Under the pieces are notes generated by a model. It searched no databases. It saw nothing but the letters and a program-made list of their open reading frames with translations, and was not told the origin of the DNA. Of a DNA stretch of 64,000 nucleotides, positions 1-10,060 are shown in pieces; positions within the stretch are counted from its first letter, which is position 1, and each line of letters starts with the position of its first letter. The DNA comes from an uncultured Thermoleophilia bacterium. GTDB lineage: Bacteria; Actinomycetota; Thermoleophilia; UBA2241. The stretch is from positions 64,001-128,000 of the forward strand of contig CAVPCT010000003.1 of assembly GCA_963702475.1 (NCBI GenBank), written 5' to 3'. The position numbers were made by a program, and so were the translations under genes.

Positions 1-666
1 CACGGCCAGGATCCACAGCAGGACGTCCACACGCAGGACGAGACTGAGGAGGGCGCCCGCGGCGACGACGCCTAGGACGACGCCGAGTACCGCCAGCAGC
101 CAGTGCCAGGTCGTCGCCCTGTCCTCGTGCGCCGTGAGGGAGAGGGACTGCGCACGCGCCGCTGCCACCGAGAGGGCCCCGGCGACCAGCGACGCGACCA
201 CGGCTCCGCCTGCCCAGCCGGCGTGGGACCCTGCCAAGGCCGCGACCGCAAGCACGCAGCAGAGGAGCGCGAACGCCCGGACCGCCCGGCGAACAGCGTT
301 GTCGGCCGAGATCCGCTCCCTTCCAAGCGAGATGCCGAGGTAGACGAGAAGGGCGGCGAAAGCGAGGGCACCGAGCGCGGCGACGACCGGGAGGTCGCCC
401 TCCCACCCGCGTCCCGCGGCGAAGAACGCTGCGGCGATGACCAGCGTGAGCCCGGCCGCCGCAGCCCGTTCCCGGCGGCCGGGCTCACGCTGGGCGCCGC
501 TGTGCGCGGCGAGCACGGCACCGATGAAGGTGCCGCCGGCGGCGCCGGCGATCCAGGCGGCACCGCTGCCCCCCGTGACGAGAGCGGCCAGGGAACCCGC
601 CCAGGCGCCTTCTGTGACGGCTCCCAGCCCAGCCGGCGACAGCTCAGAGAGCCAGCGGGAGCGCAC
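1..666 (-). CDS. Multi-pass membrane protein of the MoxR/DUF58 operon (possibly DUF4129-type), runs off the left edge
   Basis: Not in the ORF track. Manual translation from GTG at 666 gives VRSRWLSELSPAGLGAVTEGAWAG...LTLVIAAAFF...LLVYLGISLG...WHWLLAVLGVVLGVV, open to position 1 with several hydrophobic helices. Overlaps the DUF58 3' end. Confidence 0.7.
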   Translation of the reverse strand, partial: MRSRWLSELSPAGLGAVTEGAWAGSLAALVTGGSGAAWIAGAAGGTFIGAVLAAHSGAQREPGRRERAAAAGLTLVIAAAFFAAGRGWEGDLPVVAALGALAFAALLVYLGISLGRERISADNAVRRAVRAFALLCCVLAVAALAGSHAGWAGGAVVASLVAGALSVAAARAQSLSLTAHEDRATTWHWLLAVLGVVLGVVAAGALLSLVLRVDVLLWILAV

Positions 667-1852
667 GGCAGGTCCTCCAGTCGAAGTCGGGCGGCACGAC
701 GGCGTCCACGAACGGCAGCTCCGCCGCGGACGGTCGCCCGACGAACACCACGGTGGTGGGGCGCCGGGTCCGCAGGCGAGTGAGCTCGGCTCTGCAGCGC
801 GGCCGCAACGCCGGGACCACGAGCACGCAGTCGGCCGTTCCTCTCTCGTCGTCCGCCTCCGCCGCCAGCACCGGCGCGAAGTCGTCGGGCGGCAGCACGA
901 TCACGCGGGCCAGGGTCTCCAGCACTTCGTCCAGAGCGCCCTCCCGGGCCTCCACGTCGACCGCTTGCCAGTCTCCCGCGACGCGGGCGTTCGAGGCCAG
1001 GCCCACGGCGTGATCGCCGTCGGAGAACGCCGCGGCCAGTGACGCCGCGGTCACGCAGAGCAGCTCGACGCGTTCCGGGTCCACGCCCTGCCAGGCCCGC
1101 TCGTACACCGCCGTGTCCAGGAGCAGCCGGACGGCCGCGAGCGAGGTCGGCTCGAACTCGTTGGTGTGCAGGTGCCCGGTGCGCGCCGTGGCGCGCCAGT
1201 TGACGTGGCGCAGCGGGTCTCCCGGAAGGTACGGCCTGGTCCCGTGAGGGTCGGCCGGGTCGCGCGCCAGCGAGCGAGCGGCCGCGGACTCGACGAGCGG
1301 CCGCCCGGTCAGCAGCTCCAGACCGGGCACCTCCAGGACCTTGGGAAGCACAAGCAGCCGGCTGCGCTCCTCCTCCTCCCGTACGACGCCGGCGATCCCG
1401 AACGGGTCGCCGGCCTCAAGCGTCGCCGGACCGAACCAGTGGACGCCGCGCTGCGTGCAGTCGACGTGGTAGTGGCGGCGCACGCGCTCGTACCAGCGGA
1501 GCGAGAGCGTCTGCGTGAGCCGCTGGCAGTCCGCCCAGCGCACCGGCTCCAGCGTGAACCCGTGGGGCTCGAGCCCGAGCGGCCAGTCGTCGCGCAGGCG
1601 GAGCCAGACCAGCGGCAGGAGCTTGCCGTTGGTGAGCGAGATTGTGACGGTGACACGGCCACCCCATCCGACCACGCTTCGGTCGGGAGTGCGCGCAAAG
1701 GTGAAGGCCCGGAACACACGGCGTCGCGTGATCAGCACCAGTGCGGCGAGCAACGCGACGGCCAGGGTGGCGAAGACGAGCGCCCCGGAACGCAGGGCTG
1801 TGGCTGCGACCAGCCCGGCGAGCGTCGCCCAGAGAACAGTCCTCAGACGCAC
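644..1852 (-). CDS. DUF58 domain-containing protein
   Basis: N-terminal TM helices; RPYLPGDPLRHVNWRATAR motif typical of DUF58; directly downstream of MoxR. Confidence 0.9.
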   Translation of the reverse strand: MRLRTVLWATLAGLVAATALRSGALVFATLAVALLAALVLITRRRVFRAFTFARTPDRSVVGWGGRVTVTISLTNGKLLPLVWLRLRDDWPLGLEPHGFTLEPVRWADCQRLTQTLSLRWYERVRRHYHVDCTQRGVHWFGPATLEAGDPFGIAGVVREEEERSRLLVLPKVLEVPGLELLTGRPLVESAAARSLARDPADPHGTRPYLPGDPLRHVNWRATARTGHLHTNEFEPTSLAAVRLLLDTAVYERAWQGVDPERVELLCVTAASLAAAFSDGDHAVGLASNARVAGDWQAVDVEAREGALDEVLETLARVIVLPPDDFAPVLAAEADDERGTADCVLVVPALRPRCRAELTRLRTRRPTTVVFVGRPSAAELPFVDAVVPPDFDWRTCRALPLAL

Positions 1853-1864
1853 CCTGTCTCCCGG

Positions 1865-2842
1865 TCAGTCGCGAGGTGCCGCGGCCGACGCCTCGGCGGG
1901 CACGGGAACGCCGGTGGTGAGCCCGGCGAGCACATCGTCCGGGTCGCGACGCTCCACGGCGGCGTCGCGGGACAGGATGAGCCGGTGTGCCAGGACGGGG
2001 ACGGCGAGGCGCTGGACGTCGTCGGGGGTCACGAAGTCGCGCCCGTCGAGCGCGGCCCATGCCTGAGCCGCGTGGAGCAGGGCGAGGGAGGCCCGTGGGC
2101 TGGCGCCGAGCCGCAGGAGTGGCGTCTCGCGCGTCGCACGTGCGAGGGCGACCACGTAGCCCGTGACGTCGTCGGCCACGTGGACCTCGCGGACGGCGGC
2201 GCGCGCCGCCGATATGCCGTTCGCGGCGCCCGCTGCGCGTACGTCAGCGAGCGGATCGGCCGCCCGGAAGCGGGCGAGCATCGCCGTCTCCTCCTCACGG
2301 CTTGGGTAGCCCATGCGCAGCCGCAGGAGGAACCGGTCCAGTTGAGCCTCAGGCAGCGGGAAGGTGCCCTTGAGCTCGACGGGGTTCTGCGTGGCGAGGA
2401 CGAGGAACGGGTCGGGCAGGGGGTGCGTGCGTCCGTCCACGGTCACGCCCCGCTCCTCCATCGCCTCGAGGAACGCCGACTGGGTGCGCGGGGTGGCGCG
2501 GTTCACCTCGTCGGCGAGGACGACGTTGGCGAAGACCGGACCAGGGCGGAAGGCGAAGTCTCCGGCACGCTGGTCGAACACCAGGGAGCCGGTCACGTCG
2601 GCCGGCAGCAGGTCGGCCGTACACTGCAGTCGCGCGAAGCTCAGTCCGAGGGCCGCCGCGAACGCGCGCACGAGCAGTGTCTTGGCCACGCCCGGCACGT
2701 CGTCGATGAGCACGTGTCCCCCCGCGAGCAGCGCGGTCATGACCAAGCGCGTCTGGTCGGCCTTGCCGACGATGACGCTCCCGACCTGCTCGCCGACCGC
2801 CCTGCCGAGCTCGGCGGTCGCCGCGATCCCGTTCTGCGCCAT
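1865..2842 (-). CDS. moxR: MoxR family AAA+ ATPase
   Basis: GHVLIDDVPGVAKT Walker A, LADEVNRATPRTQSAFLEAMEE, ATQNPVE..GTFPLPEAQLDRF. Confidence 0.95.
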   Translation of the reverse strand: MAQNGIAATAELGRAVGEQVGSVIVGKADQTRLVMTALLAGGHVLIDDVPGVAKTLLVRAFAAALGLSFARLQCTADLLPADVTGSLVFDQRAGDFAFRPGPVFANVVLADEVNRATPRTQSAFLEAMEERGVTVDGRTHPLPDPFLVLATQNPVELKGTFPLPEAQLDRFLLRLRMGYPSREEETAMLARFRAADPLADVRAAGAANGISAARAAVREVHVADDVTGYVVALARATRETPLLRLGASPRASLALLHAAQAWAALDGRDFVTPDDVQRLAVPVLAHRLILSRDAAVERRDPDDVLAGLTTGVPVPAEASAAAPRD

Positions 2843-2982
2843 GGCCCCTCCGCATGGGTCGCGTGTCGGGTAGTAGCCTACTCCTGTGCGGGGTTTTCAT
2901 CCGCGCTTGCTGGGGACACAATCCCCGCAGTGAGCTCGGCCCGCCGCCCGCGAGGTTGCGGGCAGGTGGAAGGAGGGGTCAG

Positions 2983-4533
2983 ATGGCTGCTGCGGGTGGG
3001 TCGAAGAAGAACGGCGGCAGGACCGGGACGGCCGCGGCGAAGACACGCGGGAAGGCCGCGACCAAGGCGCCGGCGCCGTCCTTCACGTCACGGGCGCGCC
3101 GCTCTGAGCTGCCGAGCGCCGGGCAGATGCGCAAGCACACGCGCGAGGAACGGCTGCTCATCGGCCGCGCCGCGCGCCAGCGCACGCCGCGCGAGGCGCA
3201 CGGCGACTGGGCGCCGGCGGCAGACCGGCCGGACCCCATCGCCCTGCTCGAGGAGCAGGGCGAGACGCGCGTGCCTGAGCTGGTCCCCATCCGCCACGGG
3301 CGCATGGCGGTCTCGCCGTTCGCCTTCTACCGCGGCGGCGCGCTCATCATGGCGGCCGACCTCGCGTCCACACCAGACTCGGGCATCGTGGCGCAGCTCT
3401 GCGGCGACGCGCACCTCTCCAACTTCGGCGTGTTCGCGTCGCCCGAGCGTCGCATGCTCTTCGACATCAACGACTTCGACGAGACGCTGCCGGGCCCGTG
3501 GGAGTGGGACGTCAAGCGGCTCGCGGCCAGCTTCGAGGTGGCCGGTCGCGAGCTCGGCTTCGCCGTGGGCGACCGGCGGGGCGCTGTTCTGGCTGCGGTG
3601 GCCGAGTACCGGCGGGCCATGCGCGAGGCCGCCGACATGGGTGTGCTGGAGGCCTGGTACTCGCATCTCACCGCCGACGACGTGATGGCCATGGTGGACG
3701 AGGAGGTGCGCGGCGGACGCCTCACCCCGAAGGAGGGGGTCCGCGCCCACAAGGTCGTGGAGAAGGCCCGGTCCCGAGTGCACCGGCGTTCTTTCGAACG
3801 GCTCGTCCACGTGGTGGACGGCGAGCTGCGCATCGCCCCCGACCCCCCGCTGATCGTGCCCATCGACGACCTCGTGGCGCCGGAGGCCAGGCGTGAGGAG
3901 ACCGAGGACTGGATGCTGCTTCTCGTCGATGCGTATCGGGCGTCGCTTTCCGACGCGCGCCACCCGCTCGAGGAGTTCCGCTACCTGGACACGGCCCGCA
4001 AGGTGGTGGGCGTGGGCAGCGTGGGCACCCGCTGCTACATCGACCTCTTCATCGGCCGCGACATGGGCAATCCTCTGTTCCTGCAGACCAAGGAGGCCCC
4101 GCCGTCCGTCCTGGAGCGGTTTCTCGGGGCCAGCGAGTTCAGCAACAGCGGCCGTCGCGTTGTGGCCGGGCAGCGCCTGATGCAGGCGGCCAGCGACATC
4201 TTCCTGGGCTGGCTGCGCTACAAGGACCAGGACGGCGAGACGCGCGACTACTACGTGCGCCAGCTGCACGACTGGAAAGGCGCCGTGGAGATCGAGAACA
4301 TGCGTCTGGGTGGCGCCATGCTGTACGCAAGGCTCTGCGGCTCGACCCTGGCCCGCGCCCACGCGCGGGCCTGTGACCGCGTCGCCGTGGCCTCGTACCT
4401 AGGTAAGGGCGACACCTTCGACCAGGCCGTGGCCGACTTCGCGCGCGAGTACGCCGACCAGAACGAGCGCGACTACGAGAGGTTCATGAAGGCCATCGCC
4501 TCCGGGCGGCTCGAGGCCGAGCCCGGCCGCTGA
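2983..4533 (+). CDS. DUF2252 domain-containing protein (kinase-like fold)
   Basis: GRMAVSPFAFYRG, CGDAHLSNFG, FDINDFDE, KVVGVGSVGTRC, LARAHAR motifs; ATG at 2983 after GGAGGG. Confidence 0.92.
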   Translation: MAAAGGSKKNGGRTGTAAAKTRGKAATKAPAPSFTSRARRSELPSAGQMRKHTREERLLIGRAARQRTPREAHGDWAPAADRPDPIALLEEQGETRVPELVPIRHGRMAVSPFAFYRGGALIMAADLASTPDSGIVAQLCGDAHLSNFGVFASPERRMLFDINDFDETLPGPWEWDVKRLAASFEVAGRELGFAVGDRRGAVLAAVAEYRRAMREAADMGVLEAWYSHLTADDVMAMVDEEVRGGRLTPKEGVRAHKVVEKARSRVHRRSFERLVHVVDGELRIAPDPPLIVPIDDLVAPEARREETEDWMLLLVDAYRASLSDARHPLEEFRYLDTARKVVGVGSVGTRCYIDLFIGRDMGNPLFLQTKEAPPSVLERFLGASEFSNSGRRVVAGQRLMQAASDIFLGWLRYKDQDGETRDYYVRQLHDWKGAVEIENMRLGGAMLYARLCGSTLARAHARACDRVAVASYLGKGDTFDQAVADFAREYADQNERDYERFMKAIASGRLEAEPGR

Positions 4534-4580
4534 GGCGGCGAGGGCGGGGCGGCGCTTCCGGCCGCCCCGCCCTCGCCGCC
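4534..4580. terminator. Perfect 20-bp GC-rich hairpin between convergent genes (probable bidirectional terminator)
   Basis: GGCGGCGAGGGCGGGGCGGC-gcttccg-GCCGCCCCGCCCTCGCCGCC immediately after the TGA at 4533; no U-tract. Confidence 0.7.
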
Positions 4581-4597
4581 GGCCGTCCGTCAGGCCG

Positions 4598-6436
4598 TCA
4601 GGCCTCTTCCACGCGCCGCGGCCGCTTCACCAGCCACACGATGATGGCGATCACCGTGACGGCGGCGATGCCGAGCACGATCCAGATCCAGTTCGAGCCT
4701 CCGGCGCCGGACGTGGTCGTGGTCTCGGCCACCTTGGGCTGCAGGTCCTGGTACGTGGTGCGGGTGAGGTTGAAGAAGGGCGCTCCGTCGCCGGGCGGGA
4801 CCAGCGCGTAGCCCGTCCATTCGGCGGTGTTGTACGCCTCCAGATTGATGTTGTACCACATGATGATGTACGGGCTGTCGCGGTACAGGATGTCCTGCAT
4901 CCGGTGCACGATCTCGGCGCGCGCCGTGGGATCCGACGGGTCTTCGGGGTTCACGGCCGCCAGCTGGTCCTTGTAGAGCTGGTCGTAGTCCGGGTTCGAG
5001 TAGTTGCTGTCGCCCCAGTTGAGGATCTGCGTGGTGGTGAACGTCGACAGCATGAAGCCCGGGTCGATGTCGCCGCGCCAGTTCCACATGAAGATGTCGT
5101 CGTCGCCGTTGTCGTAGGCCTGGTCGCTGAAGGCGCCCTCGTCCATGATCTCGAGGTCGAGCTTGATGCCCACGTCCGCGGCGTAGGAGACGATCTTCTT
5201 CGCGGCGGCCTGGTCTTCGGGGTACTCGTTGAAGGCCGCGTAGCGGAACTCGAGCTTCTCGCCCTTGACGTTCTCGCGCACGCCGTCACCGTCGGCATCG
5301 GCGTAGCCCGCTGCTTCGAGGATCTGCTTGGCCTTCTCGGGGTCGTAGGTGTACTGCTGGTCCTCGGGCACCTCGTAGTGCCAGATGCCCTGCACGGGGG
5401 AGATGAGCGACGTGCCGGGGATGGCGAGCCCGCTCATCGCGGTGGAGACGATGGACTCCTTGTCGATCGCGTAGTTGAGCGCCTGGCGGATGGCGACGTC
5501 TTTGAGCAGCGGGTTGCCCTTGGACTTGGGGTCGTCCCACACGTTGAAGCCCAGCTCGTGGAAGCCGATGGCCGGCGACTTGCTCACGGCGGTGCCGGGC
5601 TCCTGCTTGAGCACGTCGTAGTAAGAGGCCGGGAACCCCATGATCGCGTCGAGCACCCCGGCCTTGTAGTCCTCCACCATGGAGTCGGCGTTCTGCGAGA
5701 ACACGTACCAGAACTCGTCCACCTTGGGCGGGCCGCCCAGCTCCTCCGGGTAGTCGGGGTTGGGGAGCAGCTGGATCCACTTGTCCTTCTTGATGTCGCC
5801 GAGGCGGAAGGGGCCCGAGCCGACGAGCGGCAGGCCGGTGACCGTCTCCATGTCCTTGTCGGGCACCTTGCTCCAGATGTGCTCGGGCAGGATGGGAATG
5901 TACAGTCCCAGCATGCCGGCGTTGGGCTTGTCGCAGGTGATGACGAGCGTGGTGTCGTCGGGCGCCTCCACCTTCTGCACGCCGTCCAAGTACTGGATGT
6001 AGGCCCACTGCTCCGTGTCCAGGATCCAGTTGTACGTGAAGGCGGCGTCGCCGGCGGTCATGGGCACGCCGTCGCTCCACTTCATGTCGGCGCGGGTGGT
6101 GAAGGTCCAGACCTTCGCGTCGGGCGAGACGGTCCACGAACTGGCGAAGTCCGGTGTGACCTTGTAGTCCTGGTCGTACCAGGTGAGGAAGTCGTAGCAG
6201 AGCCGAAAGGCGTCCCAGGTGGAACCGCTCCAGTTCGCGAACGGGTTGAAGCCGTCGTACACCTCGGTGGTGCCGAGGCGGTAGATGACCTTGCCGGCGT
6301 CGAGCGAGGCCGAGGAGTCGGGCTCCGGAGAGGTGTACGGCATCGGCGACGCGGACTCCCCGAGCGCGGCGAGTGGCGCCGCCAGCAGCGCCAGGAGCGC
6401 GGCGGCCAGGATGACGAGGACGACGGTGCGCTTCAT
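4598..6436 (-). CDS. ABC transporter substrate-binding protein, family 5 (peptide/nickel), with signal peptide and C-terminal TM anchor
   Basis: Signal peptide; ASSWTVSPDAKVWTFT..KWSDGVPMTAGD signature; VGSGPF; IRQALNYAIDK; C-terminal WIWIVLGIAAVTVIAIIVWLVKRPRR. Confidence 0.92.
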   Translation of the reverse strand: MKRTVVLVILAAALLALLAAPLAALGESASPMPYTSPEPDSSASLDAGKVIYRLGTTEVYDGFNPFANWSGSTWDAFRLCYDFLTWYDQDYKVTPDFASSWTVSPDAKVWTFTTRADMKWSDGVPMTAGDAAFTYNWILDTEQWAYIQYLDGVQKVEAPDDTTLVITCDKPNAGMLGLYIPILPEHIWSKVPDKDMETVTGLPLVGSGPFRLGDIKKDKWIQLLPNPDYPEELGGPPKVDEFWYVFSQNADSMVEDYKAGVLDAIMGFPASYYDVLKQEPGTAVSKSPAIGFHELGFNVWDDPKSKGNPLLKDVAIRQALNYAIDKESIVSTAMSGLAIPGTSLISPVQGIWHYEVPEDQQYTYDPEKAKQILEAAGYADADGDGVRENVKGEKLEFRYAAFNEYPEDQAAAKKIVSYAADVGIKLDLEIMDEGAFSDQAYDNGDDDIFMWNWRGDIDPGFMLSTFTTTQILNWGDSNYSNPDYDQLYKDQLAAVNPEDPSDPTARAEIVHRMQDILYRDSPYIIMWYNINLEAYNTAEWTGYALVPPGDGAPFFNLTRTTYQDLQPKVAETTTTSGAGGSNWIWIVLGIAAVTVIAIIVWLVKRPRRVEEA

Positions 6437-6549
6437 GCGATCAGCTCCCCCTCTGCGTGCCCGGCCGGCGCCGCTGCTGCACGTGCGTGCCGGGCCTCTC
6501 GGTCCGCGGCCGGACTCGTGCCCCCGCCGGTCGCCTTCCCCATGGCACT

Positions 6550-6578
6550 AGGGTACGGTTGCGACGCGCGGGGCTCAA
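6550..6578 (-). promoter_or_regulatory. Putative housekeeping-sigma promoter for the substrate-binding protein gene
   Basis: Minus strand TTGAGC-N17-TACCCT about 115 nt upstream of the ATG. Confidence 0.45.
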
Positions 6579-6580
6579 GC

Positions 6581-6620
6581 CGCCGGGGCCGGGCCAGCAG
6601 AAGCTGGCCCGGCCCCGGCG
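6581..6620. terminator. Perfect 18-bp hairpin
   Basis: CGCCGGGGCCGGGCCAGC-agaa-GCTGGCCCGGCCCCGGCG in a divergent intergenic region; function uncertain. Confidence 0.4.
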
Positions 6621-6858
6621 GGCGCCGCGATCGCTGCCGGTACCGGCGGAGCGCCGCCCGGCCTCACGTCACTGCGGTTCCGGCACGTAGTCATTCACGA
6701 AGCGCACGCTTATGGTGTGCGGCCCTGTGGAGCGCTCCCCGAGGGGGCGCGGCGCATCAGGGGGTTCGCACTATGAGGATAGGGGAAAGCCATGCTCATG
6801 GCGTTGACGCTGCGGGTCCGCACGGCGGACGGCGTCTCGCCGCAGGAGAGGTGGAGCG

Positions 6859-7159
6859 ATGGAACTCATCATCCAGCACACGGTGCGCGACTTCGACGCC
6901 TGGAAGCCGGCCTTCGACGAGCACGAGCCGACCCGGGCGAAGTACGGCTGTCTCGGTCACACGATCTTCCGCGGCGGTCGAGGCCGGCAACGACGTGACG
7001 GTGATCACCTCGTGGGAGTCCCGGGAGCGGGCCGAGGAGTTCACCCGCGACCCGTCGTTGCAGGAGACCATGCAGCACGGGGGGGTCGTCTCGGAGCCTC
7101 GCGTCCAGTGGGTAGAGTCAGTGGAGACCGTGTCGTACCCGGCACGCCGGGCGGCGTAG
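6859..7159 (+). CDS. Small dimeric alpha-beta barrel (cyclase/ABM-like) protein, about 99 aa, one frameshift near 6974
   Basis: MELIIQHTVRDFDAWKPAFDEH...HTIFR continues in another frame as AVEAGNDVTVITSWESRERAEEF...GGVVSEP...stop 7159. Removing one G restores it. RBS GAGGTGGAG. Confidence 0.75.
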
Positions 7160-7425
7160 ACGGGCGCAGATTTGGACGAACGCCGCGGGCGGCCAACACG
7201 GCGGCCCGCGGCGTTCGTCCGCCTGAGGGCGGCGGTCGCTCGTGGGCAGCCGTGACGGCTCCCCGCCGGGAGGCGGCGAGGCCGGCGTCGACGCCGCTCC
7301 CTCACATCCCTGCCGGCCGCCGCCCTGCGCAACGCCGTTCGACCGCGCTCCGCGGGGGAAGAGACCCGGTAGACGGCACTCCGGCAGCGTGCCGTGGCCG
7401 GCAATGACCGGGGAGAGGGGAGACC

Positions 7426-7923
7426 ATGATCAAGGCACTGAACGTCACCATCATCGTCCTGTGCGGCATCGTCGGGGCCTGGGTGGGCTACTGGATCGGG
7501 TACGCGGCGGGCTGGAGCGAGAACGCCGTATGGCCGTCGACGATCGGCGGAGGCACCGGCGCCATCATCACGTCGATCGTCGTGTCGGTGGCGTTCGTGG
7601 CCGCCTCCGCTCTCGCCATCGCCCTGGTCCCCCAGCGCGGCGTCCGCGACGTCCTGGAACACGGCGTGCCTGCGGAGGCCACCGTGCTGCGCGTGGCGGA
7701 GACCGGCGCCGTGAGGTGGGCGCGCGAGGGCAGCCGTCACCAGGTGGTGTGCGACCTTGAGGTGTGTCCGCGGGACCGCCCTGCGTACCGGGCGCGGACG
7801 ACCCAGTTCGTCGGCCCGGTCGTGGAAGGCGTCCTGCGCCCGGGCGCCACGATCGTGGTGACGTACGACCCGGACCATCCGTCGCACGTCGCCATAGATG
7901 AGCCATTCTCCCGCGCGGCGTGA
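7426..7923 (+). CDS. Membrane protein with two TM helices and an OB-fold-like C-terminus (DUF3592-like)
   Basis: Two hydrophobic segments, then GVPAEATVLRV...LRPGATIVVTYDPDHP; RBS GAGGGGAG. Confidence 0.7.
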   Translation: MIKALNVTIIVLCGIVGAWVGYWIGYAAGWSENAVWPSTIGGGTGAIITSIVVSVAFVAASALAIALVPQRGVRDVLEHGVPAEATVLRVAETGAVRWAREGSRHQVVCDLEVCPRDRPAYRARTTQFVGPVVEGVLRPGATIVVTYDPDHPSHVAIDEPFSRAA

Positions 7924-7962
7924 GGCGGGCGGCGCACCTCACCTGGGCCGCTCGTCCGTGGT

Positions 7963-9979
7963 TCAATCGGCGCCTCCTCCACCTCCTCCGCCTCCACCTC
8001 CGCCGCCGCCGGAGAAGCCGCTTGAGGAGCCGGATGAGCCGCCGGACGAACCGCCGCCGGACGACGGCGGCGAGGCGGCGATCACGGCGGCGCTCAGACC
8101 CTGGGAGAACGAGGACACGGCGCCGACGGCGTCCCCGAAGGTGGCCGCGCCCGCCGGCGACGCGAACCAGAAGACGTCCTGGAGCCCTCCGTCCTCCAGG
8201 ACCTCCGGCACGCTCAGGCGCATCTGCGCCAGGACCTTGCGGGCGATGCCGAACACCACGGCGCACACGAGGTACTGCTCCCACAGGACGACGGACTCGG
8301 GTGGCTTCTCGTGCAGGCGGCCGAAGTCGCGCAGGTAGCGGCGGAGCGCCCGGAGCCGCGCGTACAGCTCGGCCGCGTCCCGCGAGCGGCGCCGCATCAC
8401 CCCCGAGAAGAAGGCGAGCACGACGAGGAGCGCCGCCGGCACGAGCAGCCAGGGGTCTGCCCAGGCCGCCATGGCGAACGTCACGGCCGCTGCCGCGAGG
8501 GCTGCGGCGGCGGCCTGCGCTACGTGCCTGCCGCCGCCTCTCTCGCAGGAACCCCAGCTTCTCGGCGCGTCTCTCCACGCCGCCGCGCCAGCGCTCCACG
8601 CCGGAGCGGAACTTCGCCGGGCGGCGCTTCGCCCAGGCCTGCAGCTCGGAGAGCGTGAGCGAGTCCTCCTCGGCGATGTCGCCGAACAGCAGGTCGATGA
8701 GCGGCGCCGTGAGCTCGTCCACGCGTGTCGACGTTGTCGACCTTGAGCGTCAGGCGCAGGTCCGGGCCGGCGCGCCCGGGACGCGGCGCGCGCGCGCCGC
8801 GTCCCGGGCGCGCGTCGCTCGGGGGCGATGCTCACCACCCGCCTGACGGCCAGGTCGAGCAGCGTCGCGGTCAGGTCGGCGTCGGTGACGCGGCGCCCCA
8901 TGCGCCAGAGCACGTCTGCGAGGGCCGGTGGCAGGTCAGCGGGTGGATTGCGGAGGTAGCGCTGCGGAAGCGCGGCCGGTACTCGCGGCCGTTGAGCACG
9001 AACACGACGAGCCACACGACCAGGGCGGCCACAGCTGCGGCGGCCGCGACCGGGCGGGCGATCCGCCTGTCGCGCTCCTGCTCGTGCGATCTGGGCACGG
9101 GCCGCGGCACGCTGCCCGTTCGCCTGCGCCGCGAGGACTCGCTCGGTCCTGAGGACGCTCTCCGTCACCTCGATGGGGATCTCCTCGGCTTCGGAGAGGC
9201 AGGTCCGCGGGGAAGAGCTCGCGGACTTCCACGAACGTCCGCTGGCGGCAGATCGTCGACCGCCAGCGCGACGGAGCCGTCCTGCCGAATCGTCAGCACC
9301 CCGTTCAGCGGGCCGTGGCCCCAGGCGCGTACGCCGGCGCGCGTCGCGCCGTCCGGCAGGGCGACGACGGCGCGCACCTCGCCGATAGGCACTTCCCAGC
9401 CGCGGCCGACGAGCTGCCACTCGAGCTCTCCGGCGTCCGCCCAGCGTTCGGCCGCCCGGCGGCATTCCAGCGAAAGGTGAAGTGGGCGGCCGTGTCGTCA
9501 AGGCCGGCGAACGCCTCGATACGCGTCGACCGGACCGATGAAGTCCGCGAACGCGTCGGTGACGCGGTAGTAGCCGGCCGGCCGCTCCTCCGGGGCGATG
9601 GAGGTCCACGGCGACGGGGTGGGGTCGGCGCCGGCCGGCGTCTCCCGCGGCGGTCCGGCCGCCGGCGTCCAGGCCGACGGCAGCCGCTTGAGCGGGCGGC
9701 CATCAGGCCCCGTCACGCCCAGGACCGAGATCTCGTGGCCGCTCCACGGGATGTCGCGGAACACGCGCGTGTAGTGGCCGTGGAAGGTGTAGCTGAAGCG
9801 CTCCTCGCTCGAGAGGGTCCCGTCACTGAGGACGGTGTCCCTGATACGCAGCGCATCGATGGAGTACGACTTGCGCTGCGACGGCACGATCCAGGCGAAC
9901 ACCGCGACGAGGACCGGGTGGCCACGAGGGCGACGACGACTGTCCACCCCACGCACCCGATCCTCGCCTTGCCGTCCAC
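7963..9979 (-). pseudogene. DUF2207 (YciQ-like) membrane protein broken by multiple frameshifts
   Basis: Fragments in several frames: KSYSIDAL...DGTL..EERFSYTFHG; GVRAWGHGPLNG; PPADLPPALA...TLLDLAVR; ALRRYLRDF...LWEQYLVCAVVFG; Gly/Ser tail SSGFSGGGGGGGGGGGGGAD. Confidence 0.8.
8770..8813. repeat. Perfect 44-bp palindrome with no spacer
   Basis: GCGCGCCCGGGACGCGGCGCGC|GCGCGCCGCGTCCCGGGCGCGC equals its own reverse complement; both strands translate APGTRRARAASRAR. Confidence 0.9.
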
Positions 9980-10060
9980 CGCGCCTCCGCTCCGACGAGC
10001 CCTGCCGCGGGCGGCGGGCCGGCCCGCCTGACTGCTCCGCTCCGGCGGGCAGGCAGTACT

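Noticed and set aside
1166-3685. Long alternative-frame or antisense ORFs (also 4904..7159, 10172..12442, 19353..21518, 28747..30921, 46425..48872, 52140..54236)
   Set aside because: Shadow ORFs expected in very GC-rich DNA; they overlap genes with clear family motifs and have none of their own.
6669-6770. Short minus-strand open stretch ending GPHTISVRFVNDYVPEPQ before the 6581 hairpin
   Set aside because: Bounded upstream by a TAG with no convincing start or RBS; at most a gene remnant.
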